DNA of 64,000 nt from Candidatus Latescibacterota bacterium (lineage in GTDB: Bacteria; Latescibacterota; UBA2968; UBA8231). The stretch's first letter is position 1; every line of letters starts with the position of its first letter. The position numbers were made by a program, and so were the translations under genes. The notes under the pieces were generated by a model. It had not been told where the DNA came from and ran no database searches. It saw only the letters and a program-made list of their open reading frames with translations. Shown here one piece after another: positions 1 to 9,012 of the stretch. The stretch is taken from NCBI GenBank assembly GCA_965215195.1, contig CBDCDC010000001.1, positions 1,184,001 through 1,248,000 on the forward strand, in the 5' to 3' direction.

Positions 1-151
1 GTAATCTAGTCCGCGCCAATGCCCAACGCAACGAGCTTGACGCGCCAAGTGCTCCTCTCTTAATTCCCGGCCTCACCTTGGATGGGCGCAGGGGTACGAG
101 TGTGGGGTGCCGGACGAGTTGCGTTGAAATTTTATCGAAGGGAATAAATAG

Positions 152-982
152 ATGCCTACTTCCACTATTTTGTTGGGCGATTGCCGCGAAGAGCTCGGCT
201 GTGTCGCGTCCGCATCCGTTGACTTGATCGTCACTTCGCCGCCGTATGCCAATCAGCGTTCCAGTACCTATGGCGGGGTGAAACCGGACGATTACGTGGA
301 GTGGTTTTTGCCGATTGCCGACGAATTGCAGCGCGTCCTCAAGCCGAGCGGCACCTTCGTCTTGAACATCAAGGAATGTGCGGTCAAAGGGGAGCGACAT
401 ACGTATGTTTTGGAATTGATACTTGCGCTACGGCAGCGGGGGTGGTTGTGGACCGAGGAATTTGTGTGGCACAAGAAAAACTGCTACCCCGGCAAGTGGC
501 CGAATCGGTTCCGAGATTCTTGGGAGCGGCTGTTGCAGTTCAACAAGCAGCGCAAATTCAAGATGAACCAAGAAGCCGTGATGGTTCCTGTGGGCGACTG
601 GTATGAGCATCGGATGCACAACCTGAGCGCGACCGATCGCCAGCGCGACGAGTCCAAAGTCGGCAGTGGCTTTGGCAAGAAGGTAGAAAACTGGCTGGGA
701 CGCGATAAGGTATATCCTACCAATGTGCTGCACCGCGCTACGGAATGCGCCAACCGCAGCCATAGTGCGGCTTTTCCGCGCTGGTTGCCGGAGTGGTTTA
801 TAGACTTGTTCACCGACCCCGGCGATGTGGTGTTGGATCCGTTTATTGGCTCGGGGACGACGGCCTTTGCTGCGCTTGCTAAAGGGCGGCACGTCATCGG
901 CATTGAGATGCACGAGCCGTATTACGAGGAGCTCAGACAGAAACTCGACCAAGAATTCCCTAACTTGAGGTTGGCGATATGA
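152..982 (+). CDS. Site-specific DNA methyltransferase, beta class (probably N4-cytosine)
   Basis: Catalytic motif TSPPY precedes SAM-binding DPFIGSGTT; HSAAFP motif. Confidence 0.9.
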   Translation: MPTSTILLGDCREELGCVASASVDLIVTSPPYANQRSSTYGGVKPDDYVEWFLPIADELQRVLKPSGTFVLNIKECAVKGERHTYVLELILALRQRGWLWTEEFVWHKKNCYPGKWPNRFRDSWERLLQFNKQRKFKMNQEAVMVPVGDWYEHRMHNLSATDRQRDESKVGSGFGKKVENWLGRDKVYPTNVLHRATECANRSHSAAFPRWLPEWFIDLFTDPGDVVLDPFIGSGTTAFAALAKGRHVIGIEMHEPYYEELRQKLDQEFPNLRLAI

Positions 983-1101
983 ATATCAATTGGCAGTGCG
1001 AATGTAAAGCATTTCTATCCGAGCGAGGCAGGCTTCTTTTTTACGTAACGTTTCATGGAGGCCGCGGTTATCTTGACCCCGACATTTTTGATCATGTCTG
1101 A
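979..1101 (+). pseudogene. 40-aa deletion-fusion stub, probably of restriction endonuclease gene(s)
   Basis: Hand translation MNINWQCECKAFLSERGRLLFYVTFHGGRGYLDPDIFDHV*; ATGA overlap with upstream MTase stop and ATGTCTGA overlap with downstream MTase start; tail resembles an AccI-family REase C-terminus (from recall). Confidence 0.55.
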
Positions 1102-2590
1102 TTATCTTCAAATGGTTGGAGAGAAGCACCAGAAGCGGTTTGGACAATTTTTTACTCCAGATGCAGTAGCCGCTTTTATGGTGGATTGGGTGCTAGAGTC
1201 GGGGGTGAATGAGGTATTTGATCCAGCGTTTGGTTTAGGGGCGTTTCGCACAGCGATTAACCGCGCTGACGTTCAGTTCACCGGGTGTGAAGTGGATGCT
1301 ACCATCATCGAGTTCTGGGAGCGACATACTGGGGAACGCGCGGATTTTGTGACGGTGGCGGACTACTTGCGGTCTTGGGACGGCCAACGCGCCAATATCG
1401 TTTGCAATCCACCGTACATGCGCTTTCAGAAGTTTCTTAATAGAGATGTGGTCATGCGAGAGTTTGAGAAAAATCTCGGCATAAAGCTCTCTGGATACAT
1501 GAATATCGCCTCGGCCTTTCTACTCAAATCACTTTCCGAACTTTCTGCACACGGCCGCTTGGCGTATATCATGCCGCTCGAGTTCTTGAATGCAGGATAC
1601 GGCGCGTTAGTAAAGCAAAAACTCGTTGAGTCTGGCCACTTGTGTAGCATTATCAGCTTCGATTGCGAGAAAGACATTTTCCCGAATGCCACCACGTCTG
1701 TGGGCATCATTTTATGCGATAAAGCAGTTTACCACATTGCCGTCCAGTTTTTCCGCCTGCGATCCATGGACTAACTCGCCGCATTCGAGAGCCTGCAACC
1801 CGTTGCTGAAGTTCCTCGCTCGGCATTGGAGCCGCAGGCCAAATGGCTGCCTCATTTGCAAGGAACATCGTTCAGCGTTGATCGCCAAAAGACGACCGTG
1901 CTCGCACATTTTGGAAAGTTTAGCCGCGGCATTGCCACAGGCGCGAATGCGTTCTTCGTCCTAAACCCTACGAGTGTAGCAGCAAGACGCCTCGGCGCGA
2001 CCGAGTGCGTCCCCTGCATCGCCAAGAGTGCGCAGATTAAAAAGGCCGTTTTTAGGGATGCGGATTTTGCGAATAACCCCGTCTTGCTATTTTCGGTCTC
2101 TGGCAATCCCTCCAAGGCCGCTGAGGATTACATCCGGTTTGGGGAGAGCGAGGGCTATCACGAGCGATTTTTGACGAAAAACAGAACGCCGTGGTATAAA
2201 ACAGAGACGCGAAGCCCGTCGCCCCTTTTATTTGGCGTGTTCTCGCGCAATGGCTACAAAGTCGTATTAAACAAGACCAAGGCCTTGAATCTGACTTGCT
2301 ACCATGGATTTCAGCCCAACCTGTTAGGCATCGCATACATAGAGCACTTGTTTCTCTACTTGTCGTCGAAAGCGGGAAGGCAGATCACTGCTCGCTCTAT
2401 GCGCCAATACGGCCGGGCGCTGGACAAGTTTGAACCCAATGATTTGAATGATGCGCTAGTGCCCACGGCGGCTTTCTTCGATACCATACCCAAGGAGAAA
2501 GTCGCCGCAGCTGTCCGGTCATTGGAGGAGAACGGAGCGTTGCCGGAATGGATGGAAGCGTTCTTCGCTCCGTTGAAGGGTGAAGGATAG
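1094..2590 (+). pseudogene. Gamma-class N6-adenine MTase (M.AccI-like) interrupted by one in-frame TAA at 1772-1774
   Basis: GQFFTP, DPAFGLG, NPPY, RGIATGAN, KFEPNDL; ORFs 1055..1774 and 1826..2590 share a frame and read SMD*LAAFESLQ across the stop. Confidence 0.85.
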
Positions 2591-2618
2591 ATCACTATCA
2601 CTAAAAAAAGGAAAGCTC

Positions 2619-3500
2619 ATGCTACCCATCGTCGATACGCATCAACATATATGGGATTTGGCCCAGTTCGCGCTGCCGTGGCTGGAGGGCGAGGGAATGG
2701 AGCCGCTGCGGAAAAACCACTTGCTGAGCGATTACTCGGCAGCGGGTGCCGGTGCTGGTATTGCCCGCACCATTTATATGGAAGTCGATGTCGCCGCCAC
2801 GCAGCGCATTGCAGAGGCGGAGTTTGTGGCCGGCCTGTGCGGCGCCGACGACAATCCAATGGCCGGGGCGGTGATCGGGGGCAGCCCGGGGGAGGAGGGT
2901 TTCCGCGCCTATATCGACCGCTTTAAGGACAATGACTTTATCAAAGGTGTGCGGCAGGTGTTGCACGTGCCCCAAGCCGAACCGGGCCGTTGCTTGCAGG
3001 AGCGTTTCGTCCGCGATGTGCAGTACTTGGGCGAAATCGGCTTGAGCTTCGATCTGTGCCTGCGGCCGAGTGAGTTGGGGGATGCAGTGGGCGTGGTGGA
3101 TCAGTGCCCAGATACGCGCTTTATAGTCGATCACTGCGGCAACGCCGACCCGCAGATCGTCAACGGCGCAGCCAATCCCTTCAGCCACACCAAAGAGCAG
3201 TGGCAGCGCGACATGGCCGCGCTGGGTGAACGGGAACACGTAGTCTGCAAAATATCCGGGATCATCGCCCGAGTGCCCGCAGGGTGGAGTGCCGATATCT
3301 TGGTGCCGACGGTCGATCACTGCTTGGACAGCTTTGGGCCGGACCGGGTGGTGTTCGGCGGCGATTGGCCAGTGTGCAACTTTGGGGCGAGTTTGGGCGC
3401 GTGGGTGGCTGCGCTGCGGGAGATCGTCTCCGGGCGACCGGAGGAAGAGCAGGCCAAATTGCTCGCCGGCAATGCCGAGCGACTCTACGGACTGGAGTGA
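2619..3500 (+). CDS. Amidohydrolase_2 family protein (sugar-lactone hydrolase-like)
   Basis: DTHQHIWD, VDHCGN, CKISG, FGGDWPV motifs. Confidence 0.85.
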   Translation: MLPIVDTHQHIWDLAQFALPWLEGEGMEPLRKNHLLSDYSAAGAGAGIARTIYMEVDVAATQRIAEAEFVAGLCGADDNPMAGAVIGGSPGEEGFRAYIDRFKDNDFIKGVRQVLHVPQAEPGRCLQERFVRDVQYLGEIGLSFDLCLRPSELGDAVGVVDQCPDTRFIVDHCGNADPQIVNGAANPFSHTKEQWQRDMAALGEREHVVCKISGIIARVPAGWSADILVPTVDHCLDSFGPDRVVFGGDWPVCNFGASLGAWVAALREIVSGRPEEEQAKLLAGNAERLYGLE

Positions 3501-3502
3501 GT

Positions 3503-4516
3503 ATGGACCCTTTTGCAAAAGTAGCGATTGGTGCTACGGGCGTGGAGGTGACGCGGCTGGGGCTGGGCGGTGCGCCGTTGGGCGGGATGGTCCTAGCCGA
3601 TGGGATTTTTGTGGGTAGCGGGTACGACGAAGCATTGGCCATTATCCGCCGCGCCTACGAGATGGGCGTGCGCTATTTCGATACCGCGCCGATGTACGGC
3701 GACGGGCGCAGCGAGGTGCGCTACGGGCGGGTGCTCGGCGAGTTCCCACGTGCGTCGTTTGCCATCTCGACCAAGGGATCGCGGGTATTGCGGCCTAAAA
3801 ACCCGGACGACTTGGCACCTTACAGCGAGGACGGGATCCCGCACTATACCTACGATTTCGACTTCAGTGCTGCGGGCCTGCGGGCCTCGCTCGATTCGAG
3901 CTTGGAACGGCTGGGCTTGGCGGCGGTGGATATTTTCTTTGTCCACGACAGCGACTTCAAGGAGCAGCACACGGACGAGGACTTCATTGAGGCGCTGGAA
4001 GCTGCGGTCGAATTGCGGGCGACCGGCACGGTCAAGGCCATCGGCATGGGCATGAACGAATGGGAGCGCACCGGGCGGATGGTCGAGCGCTTTGACTTGG
4101 ATTACATCCTGCTGGCCGGGCGCTACACCCTGCTGGACCAGTCGGCGCTGCCCGAGTTTTTGCCGCTGTGCGTAGAGCGCGGGGTGAAGCTGACCATGGG
4201 CGGGCCGTACAACAGCGGCATCCTCGCCCGCGATTTGAGCCAGCCGGTGTCTTTCGACTACCAGCCCGCGCCCGCGCATCTGGTGCAGCGAGCCAAGGCG
4301 CTCAAGGCGGTCTGCGACCGGCACGGGGTTGAGCTGCGGGCAGCGGCCTTGCAATTTCCCTTTGGGCACGAGGCCGTGATTTCGGCGGTGCCCGGGGCGG
4401 CGTCCGTGGCCGAGCTGGAGGACAACGCGCGCGTGATGCAGGCGGAGATTCCGTCGGCCCTGTGGGCGGAGCTAAAGGCCGAAGGGTTGTTGCCAGAGGC
4501 CGCGCCGACGCCCTAG
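3503..4516 (+). CDS. Aldo/keto reductase (aldose 1-dehydrogenase-like)
   Basis: LGLGGAPLG, FDTAPMYG, ISTK, AGRYTLLDQ. Confidence 0.85.
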   Translation: MDPFAKVAIGATGVEVTRLGLGGAPLGGMVLADGIFVGSGYDEALAIIRRAYEMGVRYFDTAPMYGDGRSEVRYGRVLGEFPRASFAISTKGSRVLRPKNPDDLAPYSEDGIPHYTYDFDFSAAGLRASLDSSLERLGLAAVDIFFVHDSDFKEQHTDEDFIEALEAAVELRATGTVKAIGMGMNEWERTGRMVERFDLDYILLAGRYTLLDQSALPEFLPLCVERGVKLTMGGPYNSGILARDLSQPVSFDYQPAPAHLVQRAKALKAVCDRHGVELRAAALQFPFGHEAVISAVPGAASVAELEDNARVMQAEIPSALWAELKAEGLLPEAAPTP

Positions 4517-4548
4517 CTGACTGCATAGTACCTTATTTGCGAACAAGT

Positions 4549-4605
4549 TTCATCTGGTTTTGGATTGGTAAGCACGACGAATACGACCGGCTGATTCGGC
4601 TTTAA
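4549..4605 (+). pseudogene. 3' stub of a RelE/ParE-like toxin
   Basis: Intergenic frame reads FIWFWIGKHDEYDRLIRL*, matching the WFWIGxHxEYDxL toxin tail; N-terminal part absent. Confidence 0.7.
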
Positions 4606-4648
4606 CCAGAATTTAAGTCATTCGGAATTGCGCTAGGAGAAATTCATT

Positions 4649-5587
4649 ATGGCCAAACGACTGGTTTATTTCAACGACGAGTTCGTCCCCGAGCCGGAGG
4701 CGCGGATCTCGATTTTCGACTGCGCCCTGATGTATGGGGACATGGTTTTTGAGATGACGCGGAGCTTTGGGCACAAGCCCTTCCGGCTGCGCGAGCACTT
4801 GGAGCGGCTCTACGGCTCGCTCAAATACGCGCAGATCGACTGCGGGCTAGACATTGACGCGATGGAGGAGGCGACCCACGAGACCATTGCCCGCAACCTG
4901 CCCGCGGTCGGCGCGCTGGACTTTCAAATCATGCACGACGTGACCCGCGGTGCGCTGCCCCTGTACGACGCTATCGTCAAAGAGGGCACGGCCCCCATTG
5001 TCGCGATCAACGTCTTCCCGCTGGTGCGGCACATCGGGGGGATGGCGCGGCTCTACGAGACTGGCGCACACTTCGTCGTCCCGGCCCAGCAGTCGGTGCC
5101 CTCGCGCTACATCGACCCCAAGGCCAAAAACCGCAGTCGCATCTTCTACAAGATCGCCGAGTTGCAGGCCGCGCAGATGGAAGCCGGGGCCCAAGCGCTG
5201 CTGACCGACGAGCACGGCTTTATCACCGAGGGGACGGGCAACAACTTCTTCATGGTCCGCGACGGCCAAATAATGACGCCCAAAGGGCATAATATCCTGC
5301 GCGGCGTATCGCGCGGCGCGTGTATGGAGCTGGCCGGTAAACTCGGCCTTCCTCTGTGCGAAGCCGACATCGAGCCGTACGACGTGCGTCTGGCTGACGA
5401 GGCGTGGTTTACCAGCACCACGATCTGCATGGTGCCAATCACGCGCTTTAACTTTCAGGCGGTGGGCGATGGCGAGGTGGGGCCGGTGTATGGCCAGTTG
5501 CTGGCGGCGTGGTCTGAGGAAGTTGGCGTGGACATCGCCGCTCAGGCGCGCCAGTACGCCGAGATGATGGAGGGGTGGACCCCCTAG
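4649..5587 (+). CDS. Class IV PLP aminotransferase (IlvE/D-amino-acid aminotransferase-like)
   Basis: MYGDMVFE, HLERL, TEGTGNNFF, ILRGVSR; AGGAG RBS. Confidence 0.85.
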   Translation: MAKRLVYFNDEFVPEPEARISIFDCALMYGDMVFEMTRSFGHKPFRLREHLERLYGSLKYAQIDCGLDIDAMEEATHETIARNLPAVGALDFQIMHDVTRGALPLYDAIVKEGTAPIVAINVFPLVRHIGGMARLYETGAHFVVPAQQSVPSRYIDPKAKNRSRIFYKIAELQAAQMEAGAQALLTDEHGFITEGTGNNFFMVRDGQIMTPKGHNILRGVSRGACMELAGKLGLPLCEADIEPYDVRLADEAWFTSTTICMVPITRFNFQAVGDGEVGPVYGQLLAAWSEEVGVDIAAQARQYAEMMEGWTP

Positions 5588-5598
5588 GCGGGGGTGGC

Positions 5599-5626
5599 TT
5601 GCGCGTACACGTGCGCTGTGTATAGT
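5599..5626 (+). promoter_or_regulatory. Putative sigma70 promoter of the type III R-M operon
   Basis: TTGCGC-N16-TATAGT with TG extended -10. Confidence 0.5.
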
Positions 5627-5684
5627 GAAAGGGAGACGGGAGGCCGCCAGACAGGCTGGCGCGATTACAGAACGGAGGGGCCTT

Positions 5685-8600
5685 GTGGCCGACGCTATTG
5701 GGAAATTCCAGCAGTTGCTGCGCGAGTTGTTCCAGTTTGACTGCGCCGACCTCGATTTTGGCATCTACCGCATTATGAATTACAAGCGGGAGGTCATTGA
5801 GAAATTCATCCAAGAAAAGCTGCCCGATGCCATCGCCGACGAGTTGGAACGCGGCGGTTTGGAGCAACAAGACCGCGCTGCCGCTGCCTTGGAGAAGGCG
5901 CGGCAAGACATTATTAAAAATCTGGGTGCTGATGCTATTGATGACAGTGGAGAACTCGCCGCCGCTTACCGGAATTTTCCAATTGGTCGGAATTATCTGA
6001 ACGCCAGAGCGAGGGCCGCCGGCTCCCGCTCCCGCGCCGCGGTTGAAACCGACATCTACAATCACCTGTACGCCTTTTTCAGCCGCTACTATCAGGACGG
6101 CGATTTCATTTCTAAGCGCCGCTACTCCAAACACCAACGCTACGCCATTCCGTACAACGGCGAGGAGGTCTATCTCCATTGGGCCAATAGCGATCAATAC
6201 TACATTAAGACCGGGGAATACTTTAATCACTACGATTGGAAAGCACCCGATGGCGTGGCGGTGCATTTCCGGCTCAAGGCCGCCGATGTCGAGCAGAACA
6301 ACGTCAAGGGAGACAAGCGGTTTTTCCTACCCTGCGTCGCCGACACGGAATGGGACGCTGACGCCCGCGCCATCACCATCCCCTTTGAATACCGGCCCCT
6401 GACCGAGACGGAAATCAAGACCTATGGCAAGCAAAAGCAGCAGGACAAAATCATCGCCGAGGCGGTTGGTGCCATTCCCAAGCAGTTGGACAAGGTAGCC
6501 GATGCCTTGGCCGCTTTGACCGGCGAGCGGCACGAATCCATCTCCCACTTGGAACATCACCTGCGGAAGTACACTCGGCGCAACACGTCCGACTTTTTCA
6601 TTCACAAAGACTTGGCGGAATTCCTCTCCCGCGAGTTGGATTTCTACCTAAAAAGTGAAGTGTTGAACTTGGACGAGATGACCGCGGCTGGAGAAGGTGT
6701 GGCCGCAGGCTGGTTTCAGGAGTTGAAGCTAATAAAGTTCGTTGGCAATCAGGTGATCGAATTTCTGGCACAGATGGAGAACTTCCAAAAGATGCTTTGG
6801 GAAAAGCGCAAGTTCGTCACCGAAACGCAGTACTGCGTCACCCTCGGCAGCATTGACGCCACTTTTTATTCGGATATTGCGGCCAACGACGCGCAGTGGG
6901 ACGAATGGCGAGCGTTATTCCACATTGATGAGACCAAGATCCACCTGTTCAATTCAGGTAAAAACGGACACGACAAACGCATTGACTTTTTGCAGGAACA
7001 TCCGACGCTTGTGTTAGACACGGCGCATTTTGAGCGCGACTTCGTGGACCAGCTACTGGCTAGCTTTGACGATATAGACGGGATGACGGACGGACTGCTG
7101 GTGCATAGCGAAAACTGGCAGGCGTTGAATTTGCTTGCGAAAAAATACAGAGAGCGGGTAAAGTGCATTTACATTGATCCGCCGTATAACACAGATGCGT
7201 CGCCAATCCTCTATAAGAATGGATACAAATCGTCGACTTGGGTTTCTCTCTTGGATAATAGGCTTCAAATTTCCCGACGTTTCCTTACGGAAAGTGGTGT
7301 TCTGGTCGCGGCTATTGACGATGAACAACATCGAGAATTGAGTTTTCTACTTTCCGGCACTTTCGATAACCAACTTCTGGGAACAATCCTAGTTCGGACG
7401 AATCCATCAGGACGCCCGACCAAAAGTGGATATTCCGTGGCGCATGAGTACCTTCTATATGCCGGCCAAGGGCCGAAGTCCGCGATTGGACGCATGCCGC
7501 CAACAAAAAAACAAATGGCCCGTTTCTCGAAACGCGATAAAGGCGAGGTATTCGAGTGGAGGAATCTGCGGCGAGAAGGGTCGAACTCAGATCGGTCCGC
7601 GCGGCCTGCTCTTTATTATCCTATATATATTGGAAGAGACGAGGGCATACGAGTTCCCAAGATGACGTGGAATGAGGCGGCCGAGGAATGGGTTGTACAA
7701 GAAAAACCTCAAACTGGCGAGCAGATAGTATTTCCAGACAACGGAAATGGGGTACAGAAAACATGGCGTTGGAAGTGTAAGAAGGTAATGAATTCCCTTG
7801 CGGATCTTTCAGTACGCAAAGACCAATCCGGCCAAGACTATGTGTATTATAAGAGACGCTTTAATAAAGAAGGAGTGGTTTCAATGTCGTGCTGGTTTGA
7901 CGCAAAGTACTCTGCTGTCGAACACGGCACGACACCTTTGAAAGACATGTTCGGGGAATCTGTCTTTCCGCATCCGAAATCCATTCATGCGGTGGTAGAT
8001 TCCATATATATCGCAGGGGGTCAACAGGGAGATGCGCGTATCCTCGACTCCTTCGCCGGCTCCGGCACCACCGGCCACGCCGTCATCAACCTCAACCGCG
8101 AGGATGGCGGCGAACGCAAGTTCATACTCGTTGAGATGGGCGAGTATTTCGATACTGTGTTGCTGCCGCGCATCAAGAAAATCGCATTCGCGCCCGAATG
8201 GAAAGACGGCAAGCCCAAACGCGACGCGACGCCAGAGGAAGCCGAGCGATCGCCGCGCATCGTCAAGTACATCCGCTTGGAATCCTACGAAGACGCGCTG
8301 AACAACATCGCCTTTGACGACAATGCCGTCCAGTTGAAATTAGAAGAGCAATTCGACGACTACCTGATCAAGTATATGCTGCAATGGGAAACCAAAAGCA
8401 GCGACACCCTGCTCAACGTGGCAAAGTTGGCCAGTCCGTTCACCTACCGCCTGCGGGTTCAAGCCCATGGGGAGACGCAGGAGCGGACAGCGGACATTCC
8501 CGAGACGCTCAATTATCTGTTGGGGCTGAACGTGCAAACGCGCCGAGTGTGCGAGGACGAGGGCCGGTGCTATCTGGTCTATCGAGGCGAAACCCGCGAT

Positions 8601-8807
8601 GCGCCCGGCCGCGACGTGGCGGTTGTATGGCGTGAAACCGAGGGGTGGGAGCAAGCCGATTTTGAGCGCGACCGGCAATTTGTGGCCGAGCAAGGGCTGG
8701 TCAAAGGCGCGGACGCAGTCTATGCCAATGGCGATTCCTGCATCCCCAATGCCAAAGCCATAGAGCCGCTGTTCAAGGCGCGGATGTCCGCCGGAGTGGA
8801 GCAATGA
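5685..8807 (+). CDS. mod: Type III R-M methylation subunit (long form)
   Basis: IYIDPPYN and LDSFAGSGTTG flank a variable TRD; GTG start after GGAGGG RBS; res follows. Confidence 0.9.
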   Translation: MADAIGKFQQLLRELFQFDCADLDFGIYRIMNYKREVIEKFIQEKLPDAIADELERGGLEQQDRAAAALEKARQDIIKNLGADAIDDSGELAAAYRNFPIGRNYLNARARAAGSRSRAAVETDIYNHLYAFFSRYYQDGDFISKRRYSKHQRYAIPYNGEEVYLHWANSDQYYIKTGEYFNHYDWKAPDGVAVHFRLKAADVEQNNVKGDKRFFLPCVADTEWDADARAITIPFEYRPLTETEIKTYGKQKQQDKIIAEAVGAIPKQLDKVADALAALTGERHESISHLEHHLRKYTRRNTSDFFIHKDLAEFLSRELDFYLKSEVLNLDEMTAAGEGVAAGWFQELKLIKFVGNQVIEFLAQMENFQKMLWEKRKFVTETQYCVTLGSIDATFYSDIAANDAQWDEWRALFHIDETKIHLFNSGKNGHDKRIDFLQEHPTLVLDTAHFERDFVDQLLASFDDIDGMTDGLLVHSENWQALNLLAKKYRERVKCIYIDPPYNTDASPILYKNGYKSSTWVSLLDNRLQISRRFLTESGVLVAAIDDEQHRELSFLLSGTFDNQLLGTILVRTNPSGRPTKSGYSVAHEYLLYAGQGPKSAIGRMPPTKKQMARFSKRDKGEVFEWRNLRREGSNSDRSARPALYYPIYIGRDEGIRVPKMTWNEAAEEWVVQEKPQTGEQIVFPDNGNGVQKTWRWKCKKVMNSLADLSVRKDQSGQDYVYYKRRFNKEGVVSMSCWFDAKYSAVEHGTTPLKDMFGESVFPHPKSIHAVVDSIYIAGGQQGDARILDSFAGSGTTGHAVINLNREDGGERKFILVEMGEYFDTVLLPRIKKIAFAPEWKDGKPKRDATPEEAERSPRIVKYIRLESYEDALNNIAFDDNAVQLKLEEQFDDYLIKYMLQWETKSSDTLLNVAKLASPFTYRLRVQAHGETQERTADIPETLNYLLGLNVQTRRVCEDEGRCYLVYRGETRDAPGRDVAVVWRETEGWEQADFERDRQFVAEQGLVKGADAVYANGDSCIPNAKAIEPLFKARMSAGVEQ

Positions 8808-9010
8808 TTACGCGCCTAGTAGAAGTTGTGGGCGAAGCGGCCAACCGGGTCTCGCCAACGGCGCGGGAACGCCACCCCGCAGTGCCGTGGGGCACAATTA
8901 TCGGAGCGTGCAACCTGTTGGCGCACGCCTATGACGAAGTGGACCTCGACAAGCTCTGCGATATTGTGCGGAACCACCTGCCGCCGCTCATTAGTCAGTT
9001 GGAAGCCTAG
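8804..9010 (+). pseudogene. Truncated HepT/DUF86 HEPN RNase with catalytic Arg replaced by Cys
   Basis: VVGEAANRVS..HPAVPW..IGACNLLAHAY; 68 aa only; no MNT partner. Confidence 0.8.
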
Positions 9011-9012
9011 CG

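Noticed and set aside
1772-1774. Programmed readthrough or recoding of the MTase stop
   Set aside because: The stop is TAA, which other genes here use as a normal stop; no recoding signal seen
5685-8807. Phase-variable simple repeat in mod
   Set aside because: Only short A6-A7 runs; no SSR tract
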